Made by a program: the position numbers and the translations under genes. The notes below the pieces were generated by a model that saw only the letters and a program-made list of their open reading frames with translations, was not told where the DNA came from and did not search any database. From Zygnema circumcarinatum SAG 698-1b (taxonomy: Eukaryota > Plantae > Zygnematophyceae), in contig JBBHKD010000026.1 in NCBI GenBank assembly GCA_037447605.1, positions 1 to 19,358 of the forward strand: 19,358 nt of DNA. Reading direction: 5' to 3'. Below are positions 1-9,470 of the stretch, in pieces. Each line of letters begins with the position of its first letter. Position 1 is the first letter of the stretch.

Positions 1-134
1 TGTGAGGACTATGAGTGAAGTGAGATAGAGTGAGAGAGAGAGTGAAGATGTCTTCATGGGGTGGGAACCCGGAGTTCCAATGGGCGTGCAGCGAGGTGGC
101 GCCCGAGAACGCTGAGCAGATCCAGACTCCAACA
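1..134 (+). mobile_element. 3' end of a copia LTR (family B), inserted into the gypsy RT
   Basis: Matches the reverse complement of 18357-18480 (CTATGAGTGAAGTGAGATAGAG..GAAGATGTCTTCAT..GCAGATCCAGACTCCAACA) and ends in CCAACA at 134. Gypsy RT codons (KGWIEPS) start at 135. The other TSD copy is outside the window. Confidence 0.9.
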
Positions 135-655
135 AAGGGCTGGATAGAACCCAGTCAAAGCCCCTTTGGGGCGCCCATCTTGTTTGTTGGGAAGAAAGAT
201 GGCTCGTTGAGGATGTGCATTGATTATCGCGCACTCAACAAGATCACCGTAAAGAACCGTTTTGCTTTACCACGTATTGATGATCTGTTGGATCGTCTTC
301 ACGGCGCCAAAGTGTTTACATCACTTGATCTTGCTCAGGGGTATCATCAGATCCGCGTCACGGAAGCTGATGTGCCAAAAACTGCGTTCCGGACGCCGAT
401 TGGTCATTTCCAATATAAGGTGTTGCCCTTTGGATTGACTAATGCTCCGGCGACTTTCCAGGCTGTGATGAACGAGATGTTCATAGGCATGGATGAGTTT
501 GTTTTGGTTTACCTCGATGATATCCTTGTCTTCAGTAAGACGGAGGAGGAACATCTTGAACACGTTCGGAAAGTGTTTGAGACCCTGAGGAAACACCAAT
601 TTTATGCCAAGAGGAAGAAGTGTCACTTCATGCAACGTGAGTTGCTTTATCTTAG
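135..655 (+). CDS. pol: Ty3/gypsy pol fragment: reverse transcriptase
   Basis: [61 protein letters not shown] and catalytic YLDDILVF. No stops; cut off by the N gap at 656. Confidence 0.96.
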
Positions 656-665
656 NNNNNNNNNN

Positions 666-2240
666 CTCCAATCTGCGGTTGTGTGTCCGTACACGGGACC
701 GCCGCTCCCCCTCTCAAATCAGACTCCATTTGTGAGATCGTGTCCGTTCGAGATATCGAGATATGATCGATTCTCCTTACTGCCTCCCGACTTTGCTGTA
801 TGCCTCCCGTCGCGGGACAGCGGGTCCGCGCGCTGCGTCCCTTTCCCCTTCAGGCTGTTCAGCCGTGAGATGATGCCGCCTCTCCACTTCGCTGCGTCCG
901 CTTCCTCCTGTGCATCGGAGTCCGTTGGCGGCTCCTCAAAGTGTGCCATCTGGCCGTCGGCCATCTTCGCGAATTCGGCTGAGTCGAGGGGTAATCGGTC
1001 TGAAATCCCCTCCGTGCTCCTATGCGTCGGCCTCCTCATTGGTCGCTGTTCCCACTCCCCATACCTGTCTGGTATCCCCCCTGTCCCTAGGGGTGGCGTG
1101 GAGCCAACGCTGGGTCTGAAACCCCTTTGGCGTGTGCCGTGAAGGGATGGTTCTTGACCATGCCTAGGTAGCCACCTGGTTGGTACCTGGCTGCCGGTGC
1201 CTCTTCCGCGTTCTCCTCTGTCATGACTTGACGCGTGGTGAAATTGATCGTCCGGGTAGGTCGTCTTTGCGCTGTTCGCCTCCTGGAATGGCGATTCAGG
1301 CTATTCCCCCCCCTTGGGAATGCCGATGTGGGCTGTTCTCCTGGAAGCCGGTCCTCATTACAGCACCTCGGTGCGCTGCAGTAGCTCAGCCGCTGCTGGA
1401 TCGTTGAGTCCAATGGAGTGGACGCTGCTGGGGCAGATCCTCACCTCCCGGGAACCCCCTCTCAATGGGAAAACTTCGTGTACCGGGAGCGGCTCCTCTT
1501 GAGGCCGCGCGTGCTGTTTCTCCTTGGTGCTCTCCTCTTCAGGTACCTCCTTGGAGTCTTTCAGGGCGCTGGAGGGACATCTTCTTCCGGGTGTAGGCCG
1601 CCGTAAGGATCGCTTCTCCCGAAGGGGAAAGGTTGACTTACTAAGCCTCGACCTTGTCATGTCGCCTTAGGGAACGGTTCACTTTCTCTCGGCTGGGCCG
1701 TGCTCTGTGGGATATACGGGTCCGTGAACGCGTGTGGAATCCCAAGGGACTGTGACTATTCAGAGGGCTGGAGGGATCATCTACTCTCTCCCCCATTATC
1801 CATCCTGAATCTCTGAATTCTCCCGGACTACCTTTCTGCCTCTATCTGTCCAAGCTTGAGAAGGTCCCTAATGCCGCTCTTTTGCCAACTGCTCAGTCAG
1901 ACTATCGCTTGGTAGTGATCAAGAATGCTTGATCATGTACCTTCGCTCCTCCCTTCGGTGTGATCGGTCCACAGTGATCGCTGCAAGCCGGTTCTAACCT
2001 CCGTGTCACGCGGTACTCCACCGCGCCGTGGGTCGTGAAGGGATGACGGTGAATTTGCCGCCGTTTAGTGGGGGCAGTCGTCACCCGTCTTCGTGTGTGT
2101 CGTGAAGGGGAGCGTCCCCTTACGAGACTCTGCGTCGCGGGTTTCTTCAGACCGCTGTACGCCACGTGGCCAAGTCGCCGGTGCCAAAGCTGGGACGAAT
2201 TGGAGGTCCGTCTGTACGGACTCGTTTCCCCCATTGAATG
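666..2240 (-). pseudogene. Heavily damaged Ty1/copia pol (GAG-pre-integrase, integrase, RT N-terminus, RNase H start)
   Basis: Recognisable pieces across frameshifts: LWHRRLGH (2166-2189), RRLEPACSDHCGPITP..GGAK, GIPHAFTDPYIPQS, GEAILTAAY, CPSSALKDSKEVPEE, DRLPLDSAEFA..EPPT..A..ADAAKW..I.S.L.SLK, EAVRRI and VYGHTTADW. All are collinear with the intact copia A pol in this window. Confidence 0.85.
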
Positions 2241-2649
2241 TCGGCTCCGTACTCGCCTGAGTAAAATTTCGCGCGCCGCCCGGGGCCGCGAACATTTGTC
2301 GACTTGTCACGTCACGGCGTGAAGGTTCGTCGCGCGACCAAATTTCGGGCTCCGTCCTTAGCCGCTTTCGCATGAAAAATTGTCCGTACAATTTCCGACT
2401 TCGAATTCGCCGCGCGCGATGTCGGTGTCGCGCGTGGTTTCGATTCGCGTCTGCCGCGCCGGGACCTTCGCGGTTCGGAAATGGCCGCTCCCATCGTCGG
2501 CTCGGCCAGGTCCATGGTTGCTGGGTGCGCTGCGTATAGCGCATCTGTCAGCGTCGTGATCATCTTGATCGCTCCCCAGAGCGATCGGGGTGCGTTCCTG
2601 CCCACGCTTTTTGCGTGCTTGCAGGTTTCCGGTCGTGGGGCGTGCTGTC

Positions 2650-3373
2650 CGAAGCGTTCCGATGCTCCCCCTTCACGCATGCTGCGCTCAGCACGCGTGG
2701 GTCTTGCTGCTCGCGTTCTCTGTGACGCGGGCAGGTATTCGGTCATTGCAAGCGCTGTCGATAGCGCATGCAGCTCCGTCGTCGCAAGTGCTCCCCGTGG
2801 CTCTTGCGGCTCTGATGATGCTGCTCGTGCTCCCCATGGCGCGGGCAGATCCGCGGGGTGCTGCGCGCGCTGTCGATGGCGCGCGTGACTCCGCCGTTGC
2901 GGGAAGCCTCCAAGGTGCTCGCTGATTTGAAGATACTCGCACCATCCGTGGTGCGGGTAAGGTTGCGGTCGTTGCGTGCGGTGTACGTAGCGCATGCAGC
3001 TCCTCCGCTTTCGCCCGTGCTGCGCTCAGCTCGTGCGGTTCTTTGTCACTGCTCCTCGCGTTGTGAGCAGGACTACGGTCCGTGAGCGCGCTGTCGTTAG
3101 CGCGCGTGGTCCGCCTTCGCGCTCCCTCCCCGAGGTGTGCGCGGATCTTCTGCTCGTCGCGCTGGCCGTGGCGCGGGCAGGCTCCTTGATTGTTGAGCGG
3201 GCCGTGAGAGACTCGCGTCAATCCTTCGTGTGTGCTCCCAGCACGCACGGCTTCATTGCTCCTCGGACAGTTCGTCGTGGGGGCAATTATATAGTAGCTG
3301 AGTGCACTATCGTAGGTGCACGTTGCTCCCCTTCGCGTGTGCTCCCAGCACTCGCGGCTTGGCTGCTCGTCAC
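2650..3373. repeat. Degenerate GC-rich tandem repeat, unit ~105-115 bp
   Basis: Recurrent (C/T)TGCTC-anchored units near 2707, 2821, 3049, 3150, 3257 and 3363. Exact repeats AGCGCATGCAGCTCC (2763, 2989), GGCGCGGGCAG (~2838, ~3170) and GTGTGCTCCCAGCAC (~3230, ~3337). Confidence 0.6.
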
Positions 3374-4272
3374 TGTTGTAAATTAAGGCCCGGTCCGTCT
3401 CACTCACTTCACTCACTGCCATGTTTGCAATCTGAATCAAGGAAAGCTCTCAAGTGCACACACTGAAAGATAACTGAAATCAAATGAGCAAAGAACACCG
3501 TAAGGAAATGTAAGGAGAAAGCACCCGGCCTCAAAACTCCTTAATAAAGTAAAGGAAGTTACAAGCACAAGTTTCAGCCCTCAGGCTTCTACTTCAGCTC
3601 TGACTAACTCCCGACCCCCTGCTGCCCATACAGACAGGCAACTACACTTAGCAACACGAGCTAAGCTGTAACTGTATTAAGATTACAATCACCTAAGTCT
3701 AACCCTACTTAAGTACTAAGCGCTGCACTACTCCACGTTCTAATGCATGCCATGTCTCGCCACCGCGCTGCACCGCACGCCACCGCGTTCCACCGCGCAC
3801 CTCCATGTCGCTGGCGACGCTCCACGTCTCCAGGCGCTCGCCTCTCTCCTCGCGGTAATTCCTCCTTAGGTCGCCATGGCCAGGAGGGGGAGTGTCCGTA
3901 CAGAAAGCTCCTCCTCCGACTTGCCTTCCTTCGAGAAGCTTCCTCGACAACGCGCGCGCCACTCCAGCGTTCGTCCGTACGCACCGGACTAATGTACGGT
4001 CGACCCAAAGAAACAATAAGCAAACCTAGGTCGTACGCGCAGGCTATCGCTGCGCGCCACGTGTCATAACATCCTTAACGACTCTAAATATCTCCAGTGT
4101 CGACGTGGCCTATAGCTGCTCGCCACGTGGCCAAAGGACTAGTTCTAAGTGTTCCCACTAGGGGACAAAGACTGTCGGTTGGTCCACGCCCGGACCGAAT
4201 CTCCTAAGGACCTACGACAACGGCTAAGGACCGTACGGTGTACTATTCGGGGCTATACCCCTATTGTACACA
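3374..4272 (-). repeat. 3' LTR of copia A
   Basis: Begins TGTTGTAAATTAAGGCC on the + strand and is homologous to 10246-11162. Ends ..GGGGCTATACCCCTATTGTACACA next to the PPT. The right boundary is uncertain by ~3 bp. Confidence 0.88.
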
Positions 4273-4275
4273 TCA

Positions 4276-4286
4276 TTCCCCCTCTC
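4276..4286 (-). other. Polypurine tract of copia A
   Basis: GAGAGGGGGAA on the minus strand, between the pol stop (4291) and the 3' LTR. Confidence 0.85.
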
Positions 4287-4290
4287 GATC

Positions 4291-5532
4291 CTAGCCGCGA
4301 AAAGGTCCGACTCCAAGAAGAATACTGTTCCTCCAGACGATCTCACCGTTCGTCCCCTTGGTTAACATATCTGCCGCTTGATCTTTCGTACCGACAAATC
4401 CGACGACCACCAGGCCATCCTCTACCTGTTTTCTGACATAGTGATACTGCAACCGAATATGTTTTGACCTTTTATGAAACACTGGATTCTGTACCAACGC
4501 GATCGATGATTGGTTATCAGTAAAGACCTGTACCGGGATCTGAGGGCGTTCGCACTCAGCGAAGAAGTTTTGAAGCCAGATCGCCTCTTTGCTTGCGTGG
4601 CATGCCGCAATGTACTCCGCCTCCGTACTGGACAGCGCAATCGTCGCTTGCAGATTCGAGCTCCACGTCAGCGCACCTCCTGCGTTGACAAAAGCGTAGC
4701 CAGATGTAGATTTGGACGTATCCACGTCGCCGCCCCAATCCGAGTCGGTGTATCCGTACACCCGTGTCTCAACTCCACCGTCGAAGTTAATGCCGAACTG
4801 AGAAGTCCCCTTCACATAGCGAAAGATTCGCTTAACTGCTTCCCAATGTTCCGGGCCAGGATTCTGCATGTACCGTGAGACCGTACTGACAGCCTTAGCC
4901 AAGTCAGGTCGTGTTCCAACCTGTAGGTACATCAGGCTACCGATGGCTGACCTGTACGGAACTCTGTCCATCTGCCTCTTCTCTTCCTCCGTCTGAGGAG
5001 CCATATCAAGGGAGAGGTGGACAGAGGGGTCCATGGGGCAGGTAACTGGATGGCAATCTTGCATGCTAAACCTGATGAGCACATCTTTGGCATATTTCTC
5101 TTGGCAAAGAAATAAGTTACCTTCACGCCCCCTCTTAAGCTGAATGCCGAGTAAGTACTCAGCTTCTTCGAGGTCACTCATCTGGAAGTTAGTTTTCAGA
5201 AGTTCCTTCAGACTCTGAATGCTCTGAATTGAAGGGCTGATGATGATCAGATCATCTACGTAGATCCCTACATACATCAGTTCAGCCCCTTCCCCCTTCT
5301 TGTAAACTGAAGCATCCGTTTCAAACTTAATGAAGCCATTATCTCTCAAGAGTTTATCAATTTTGCCATACCAGATGCGTGGAGCCTGTTTCAGCCCATA
5401 CAGGCTTTTCACAAGCCTGCATACCAAGTGTTCTTCTCCCTTCTTCACTGTCCCTTCCGGCTGGTCCATGAAGATTTCTTCCTCCAACTCTCCATATAAA
5501 AATGCTGTCTTTATGTCCAGCTGGTGAACATG
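4291..5532 (-). CDS. pol: Copia A pol, C-terminal part: RT and RNase H
   Basis: HVHQLDIKTAFLYG, KSLYGLKQAPRIW, catalytic YVDDLII, GTRPDLA, GYTDSDWGGD, STEAEY, TDNQS and ADMLTK. Uninterrupted frame. Confidence 0.97.
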   Translation of the reverse strand, partial: HVHQLDIKTAFLYGELEEEIFMDQPEGTVKKGEEHLVCRLVKSLYGLKQAPRIWYGKIDKLLRDNGFIKFETDASVYKKGEGAELMYVGIYVDDLIIISPSIQSIQSLKELLKTNFQMSDLEEAEYLLGIQLKRGREGNLFLCQEKYAKDVLIRFSMQDCHPVTCPMDPSVHLSLDMAPQTEEEKRQMDRVPYRSAIGSLMYLQVGTRPDLAKAVSTVSRYMQNPGPEHWEAVKRIFRYVKGTSQFGINFDGGVETRVYGYTDSDWGGDVDTSKSTSGYAFVNAGGALTWSSNLQATIALSSTEAEYIAACHASKEAIWLQNFFAECERPQIPVQVFTDNQSSIALVQNPVFHKRSKHIRLQYHYVRKQVEDGLVVVGFVGTKDQAADMLTKGTNGEIVWRNSILLGVGPFRG

Positions 5533-5936
5533 CTGTTAGTGTATAGTAGTTAGTCACTAGACAAGTTGTTGTTGGGACATTAGTTTTGTGTGCGTGTGTT
5601 GTGTGTGTGGCCCTTGGCGGCGATGTGCGCCTAGACCGACGGGCGGCGGTACGGACTTTGGTCGGTGGAGAGGCGCGGCGCGGCGGAGTCAGAATTGACG
5701 AGGCGCGACGTGACGATTCGAAATGTGACGTGGCGCGGACGCGGACGCGGAGCGAATCGAAGATGTGACGCGACGCGCGAAACTGCGCGCGAATCGAAAC
5801 TGACGCGGCGCGGCGTCAGCCTTTGGATTGGCTGATTTGGACTTGGCGCGAAGTGGCGTCAGATTGTCGGCGCGCGATTCAGAATTGTACGGAGCTGCGT
5901 CGAATTGTCGGTGGCGTGAGACGACGNNNNNNNNNN

Positions 5937-6510
5937 TCAATTTTGCCATACCAGATGCGTGGAGCCTGTTTCAGCCCATACAGGCTTTTCACAAGCCTGC
6001 ATACCAAGTGTTCTTCTCCCTTCTTCACTGTCCCTTCCGGCTGGTCCATGAAGATTTCTTCCTCCAACTCTCCATATAAAAATGCTGTCTTTATGTCCAG
6101 CTGGTGAACATGCTGTTAGTGTATAGTAGTTAGTCACTAGACAAGTTGTTGTTGGGACATTAGTTTTGTGTGCGTGTGTTGTGTGTGTGTGTGGCCCTTG
6201 GCGGCGATGTGCGCCTAGACCGACGGGCGGCGGTACGGACTTTGGTCGGTGGAGAGGCGCGGCGCGGCGGAGTCAGAATTGACGAGGCGCGACGTGACGA
6301 TTCGAAATGTGACGTGGCGCGGACGCGGACGCGGAGCGAATCGAAGATGTGACGCGACGCGCGAAACTGCGCGCGAATCGAAACTGACGCGGCGCGGCGT
6401 CAGCCTTTGGATTGGCTGATTTGGACTTGGCGCGAAGTGGCGTCAGATTGTCGGCGCGCGATTCAGAATTGTACGGAGCTGCGTCGAATTGTCGGTGGCG
6501 TGAGACGACG
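5937..6510. repeat. Near-identical copy of 5357-5926 between two N gaps (probable assembly redundancy)
   Basis: 574 vs 570 bp. The only difference I found is two extra GT units in a GT microsatellite. Both copies end at the same base before a gap. Confidence 0.9.
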
Positions 6511-6520
6511 NNNNNNNNNN

Positions 6521-6835
6521 TGATGTACCTGATGATTGGAACGCGTCCGGATCTGGCGAAAGCAGTGAGCTCGGCCAGCCGATTCATGGAGAATCCGGGC
6601 CTCGAGCATTGGGAGGCCGTAAAAAGGATATTCAGATATGTGAGAGGGACGCTTGATTATGGGATCAGGTATGAGAGGGGGCCAACCAGAGTGATTGGCT
6701 ATACAGACTCAGATTGGGGCGGTGATGTAGATACATCGCGCTCGACTTCAGGTTTCATTTACCTGTATGGAGGTGGAGCACTTTTGTGGAGCTCCAAGTT
6801 GCAGGACTCGATAGCGTTATCGAGTACAGAGGGCG
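6521..6835 (+). CDS. pol: Copia RT C-terminus/RNase H fragment (family D)
   Basis: MYLMIGTRPDLAKAVS..HWEAVKRIFRYVRGT..GYTDSDWGGDVDTSRSTSG..WSSKLQDSIALSSTE. Clearly divergent from the same region of copia A and bounded by gaps. Confidence 0.93.
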
Positions 6836-7113
6836 NNNNNNNNNNTTGCTGAGCGGTCGATTTGAGAGGGGGTCTCTCAATGTATGAGTGAATTCACTAT
6901 TAAGGAGTTTTAGAGCCAGGAGCTTTCTCCTATTCATTTCTCTCTGTTATTCCGCTGTGCATTATTTGCTGTGATTCACTCTGTGAGTAAAATGGGCTAT
7001 GAGTGAATGTGAGAGATTTGAAGATGTCATCGTCGATTGGAACGCGAACTCCGATGGAGGGTGACCCGAATGGAGGAACGGACGGTAGCAGTGGAGGAGT
7101 CCCTCCACCAACA

Positions 7114-9470
7114 CATGCATCCTTTCAGCTGCTGCAATGGATATCAGAGATCTGAGGGAGCTAAACTTGACTACCGGAGCAAAGGTTTCTGTGTAGTCAA
7201 GCCCATATTTCTGGCTAAACCCTTTTGCGACCAGCCTAGCCTTGTATCTATCGACGCTCCCATCTGACTTCCTTTTCACTTTGAAAACCCACTTGCACCC
7301 TATCGCCTTCCTCCCCTTTGGCAACTCTACCAGCCGCCAAGTTTTGTTCTCTTTCAAGCTACCCAACTCACTCTCAATCGCTACTCCCCATTTCTCAGCA
7401 TCTGCCCCCTCTACAGCTTCAGAGAGAGTTTGGGGTTCACCGATGGTCGCCATCAGGACTGCAGCGATGCCGGCAAAGTCAGCAGAGTCGGTCGGCATCC
7501 TCCATTCGCTTGCTCCATTTACCTCCCACTCGGAAGGGGGGTAGCGCCTGTTCGGCCTCCGGAGGCGAGCTCCTTCCTGCTGTACGGCCACCCTAGTTAG
7601 CGGCACTCTTGTCGTTACTGGTACAGCAGATGACAAGGGAGAAGGTACGGTAGGTTGTTTGACCGACGGTTGGTCGAGTGACTCGAAGATGTCACTCAAC
7701 GACCTCTCGCGTTGCGCCACGTCGTCGTGAACAGCTGTAAGTGTCGGTGAGTCAATCTCCGTTGATTCCGAATGATTTGATGATGCCGCGCCGCCCGGCG
7801 CATCGTCACCGTTCGATTCAGAATGCGTTGGTGACTTGGTCTCTGCTAGCGCATCGCCGCCGTTCGGTTCGTCTTCTCGCACCACTGAATCGACACCGTC
7901 CGATTCGTAGGAGATTTCAAACTTGTCGTTTTGCGAGAGTTTGGCCTCCAAGTCCATTCGGATTTCAACCGGAGGATTTTCTTGGAATCTGACATCGCGA
8001 CTCCTCTCTACCTGTTTGGTTAAGGGATTCCACACCCGGTACGTGGGGCTGTCCTCATTATAGCCAATCAGGTACCCGGGAGTGGATCTACTCTCGAATT
8101 TGGAGTTTCTCCTGGGCTTCAGTACGGTCATGAAGCACCTTGCTCCCCATACTCTGAAGTAAGCCACTGAGGGCTTCTTTCCGCTCCACACCTCCTCCGG
8201 CACCCTGTCCTGAAGCGCTCTTGTCGGGCACCTGTTTCTGATGTGAGCTGCTGCCATCACTGCCTCACCCCAAAAGGTTAAGGGAAGTGGGGACTCACTC
8301 ATCATGGCCCTCACCATGTCCCCAAGCGTGCGGTTCACTCTCTCCGCAGCTCCATTGCTTTGAGGTGAGTAAGGGGCTGAAAACTGATGCTTCATGCCAA
8401 GAGCCTCGAAGTGATCTTTGAAATTCTTGGAGATGTACTCCCCTCCATTGTCAGAACGAAGGGACTTCACTTTCAGCCCGGTTTCTCTCTCCACTTCCAC
8501 CTGCCACCTTTTAAAGACATCAAAGGTTTCAGCTTTACTATCAATCACCCTCACCCAGATCTTCCTAGAGCAGTCGTCTAGAAAGGTGATGAAGTATTTC
8601 GCCCCTCCTCGGCTGGTGGGAGTGATGGGTCCACATAAATCCGTGTGGACCAACTCGAGCCGTTCCTTGGCTCGGCTGTCCTCTGAATTCCGGTGGCTGA
8701 ACGGCAGTTGGTGGGCTTTGCCAGCGAGGCAGTCCTCACAAAAGCCAGCCTCTGATTCCTTCATCTGCACGTCAATTCCTCTCACAAGGCGTCTGTCCAC
8801 CAGTTTCTTCAGATTTTGGTAGCCGAGATGGCCCATTCGGCGATGCCACAACTTTGCCGCCGGATTTTCAGAGAGAGCATTGACTTGGTGTGAGAGGACC
8901 CCTCCTCCCTTTAGAAGGTAAAGGCCGTTCTTTTCTGTGCCTCTCAAAACAACCTTCCCGGTTAGTTTTTCCACCACCTTGCACTCCTCTCCATCAAACC
9001 AAGAAACATATCCTCTTTTGCCAAGCTGGCTCACGGAAATGAAGTTGCTTTGAAGACCAGGGGTAAGGAGAACGTTGCCCATGGTAACGGTTCTTCCCTT
9101 CTCTCCTCCATGAGTGATTAATCTCACGGATCCTCCTTGAGTAACTTTCACTCCTTCTCCGGTCGCTGCGTAAACGGATCTTGCCGCTTCCAACGTTCGC
9201 AACTCTGCAAAAGAAGACTTTTGGGAACACATGTGTTTAGAAGCTCCAGAATCAATTATCCAAGGCAGTTCGGGTTTCCCGGACCTGCATGGACCTTCTC
9301 GAATCCCACCCACGAACTCCTTGTTATGCGCTTCTGAGCTCATCATCAAGTTTGTCTCGCTTGCTCCATCTTGGCAAGCCACAGACTTGTGGCCCTTCTT
9401 GCCGCACTTAAAACACGTTCCACCGAAAGTAGGCTTCTTCTTCTTGCTCGGATCTCCACCTGACCTCCCC
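7114..9470 (-). CDS. pol: Copia A gag end + protease + integrase + RT N-terminus
   Basis: CFKCGKKGHKSVAC knuckle, WIIDSGASKHM protease, LWHRRMGH..CEDC, HTDLCGP / LRSDNGGEY / NGAAERVNR (DDE), and KAIGCKWVFKVK..YKARLVAKGFSQKYGLDYTETFAPV. No stops. Confidence 0.97.

Larger units (their letters stand above)
5534..7113 (+). mobile_element. Nested Ty1/copia element (family D), collapsed by assembly gaps
   Basis: Termini TGTTAG...CCAACA flanked by the 5-bp TSD CATGC (5529-5533 and 7114-7118). Internal + strand copia RT/RH fragment at 6521-6835. The LTR 3' end at 6846-7113 resembles family B. Confidence 0.92.

Noticed and set aside
30-1142. 370-aa ORF as one protein
   Set aside because: It crosses a 10-N gap of unknown true size. 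Residues after 665 are the antisense of a damaged copia pol, and only 48-655 is meaningful.
2312-3440. Overlapping 110-250 aa ORFs on both strands
   Set aside because: They arise from stop-poor GC-rich repeat DNA, have no domain motifs and are mutually overlapping.
4273-4290. env-like extra ORF (SIRE/Sirevirus) in copia A
   Set aside because: The pol stop is followed within about 20 bp by the PPT and the LTR, leaving no room.
5937-6510. Biological tandem duplication of the A/D junction
   Set aside because: It is bounded by N gaps on both sides, ends at the same base as the first copy and differs only in microsatellite length, which is typical of redundant contigs or alleles.
6412-6852. 146-aa ORF as a novel LTR-RT fusion
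   Set aside because: The frame is joined only through arbitrary N gaps. The same applies to the ORFs at 5823, 5828, 5879, 5689 and 6273.
6962-7113. C-terminal tail LVEGLLH..NHSK of the 892-aa ORF
   Set aside because: This is antisense read-through into the family D LTR. The real pol continues at 5532.
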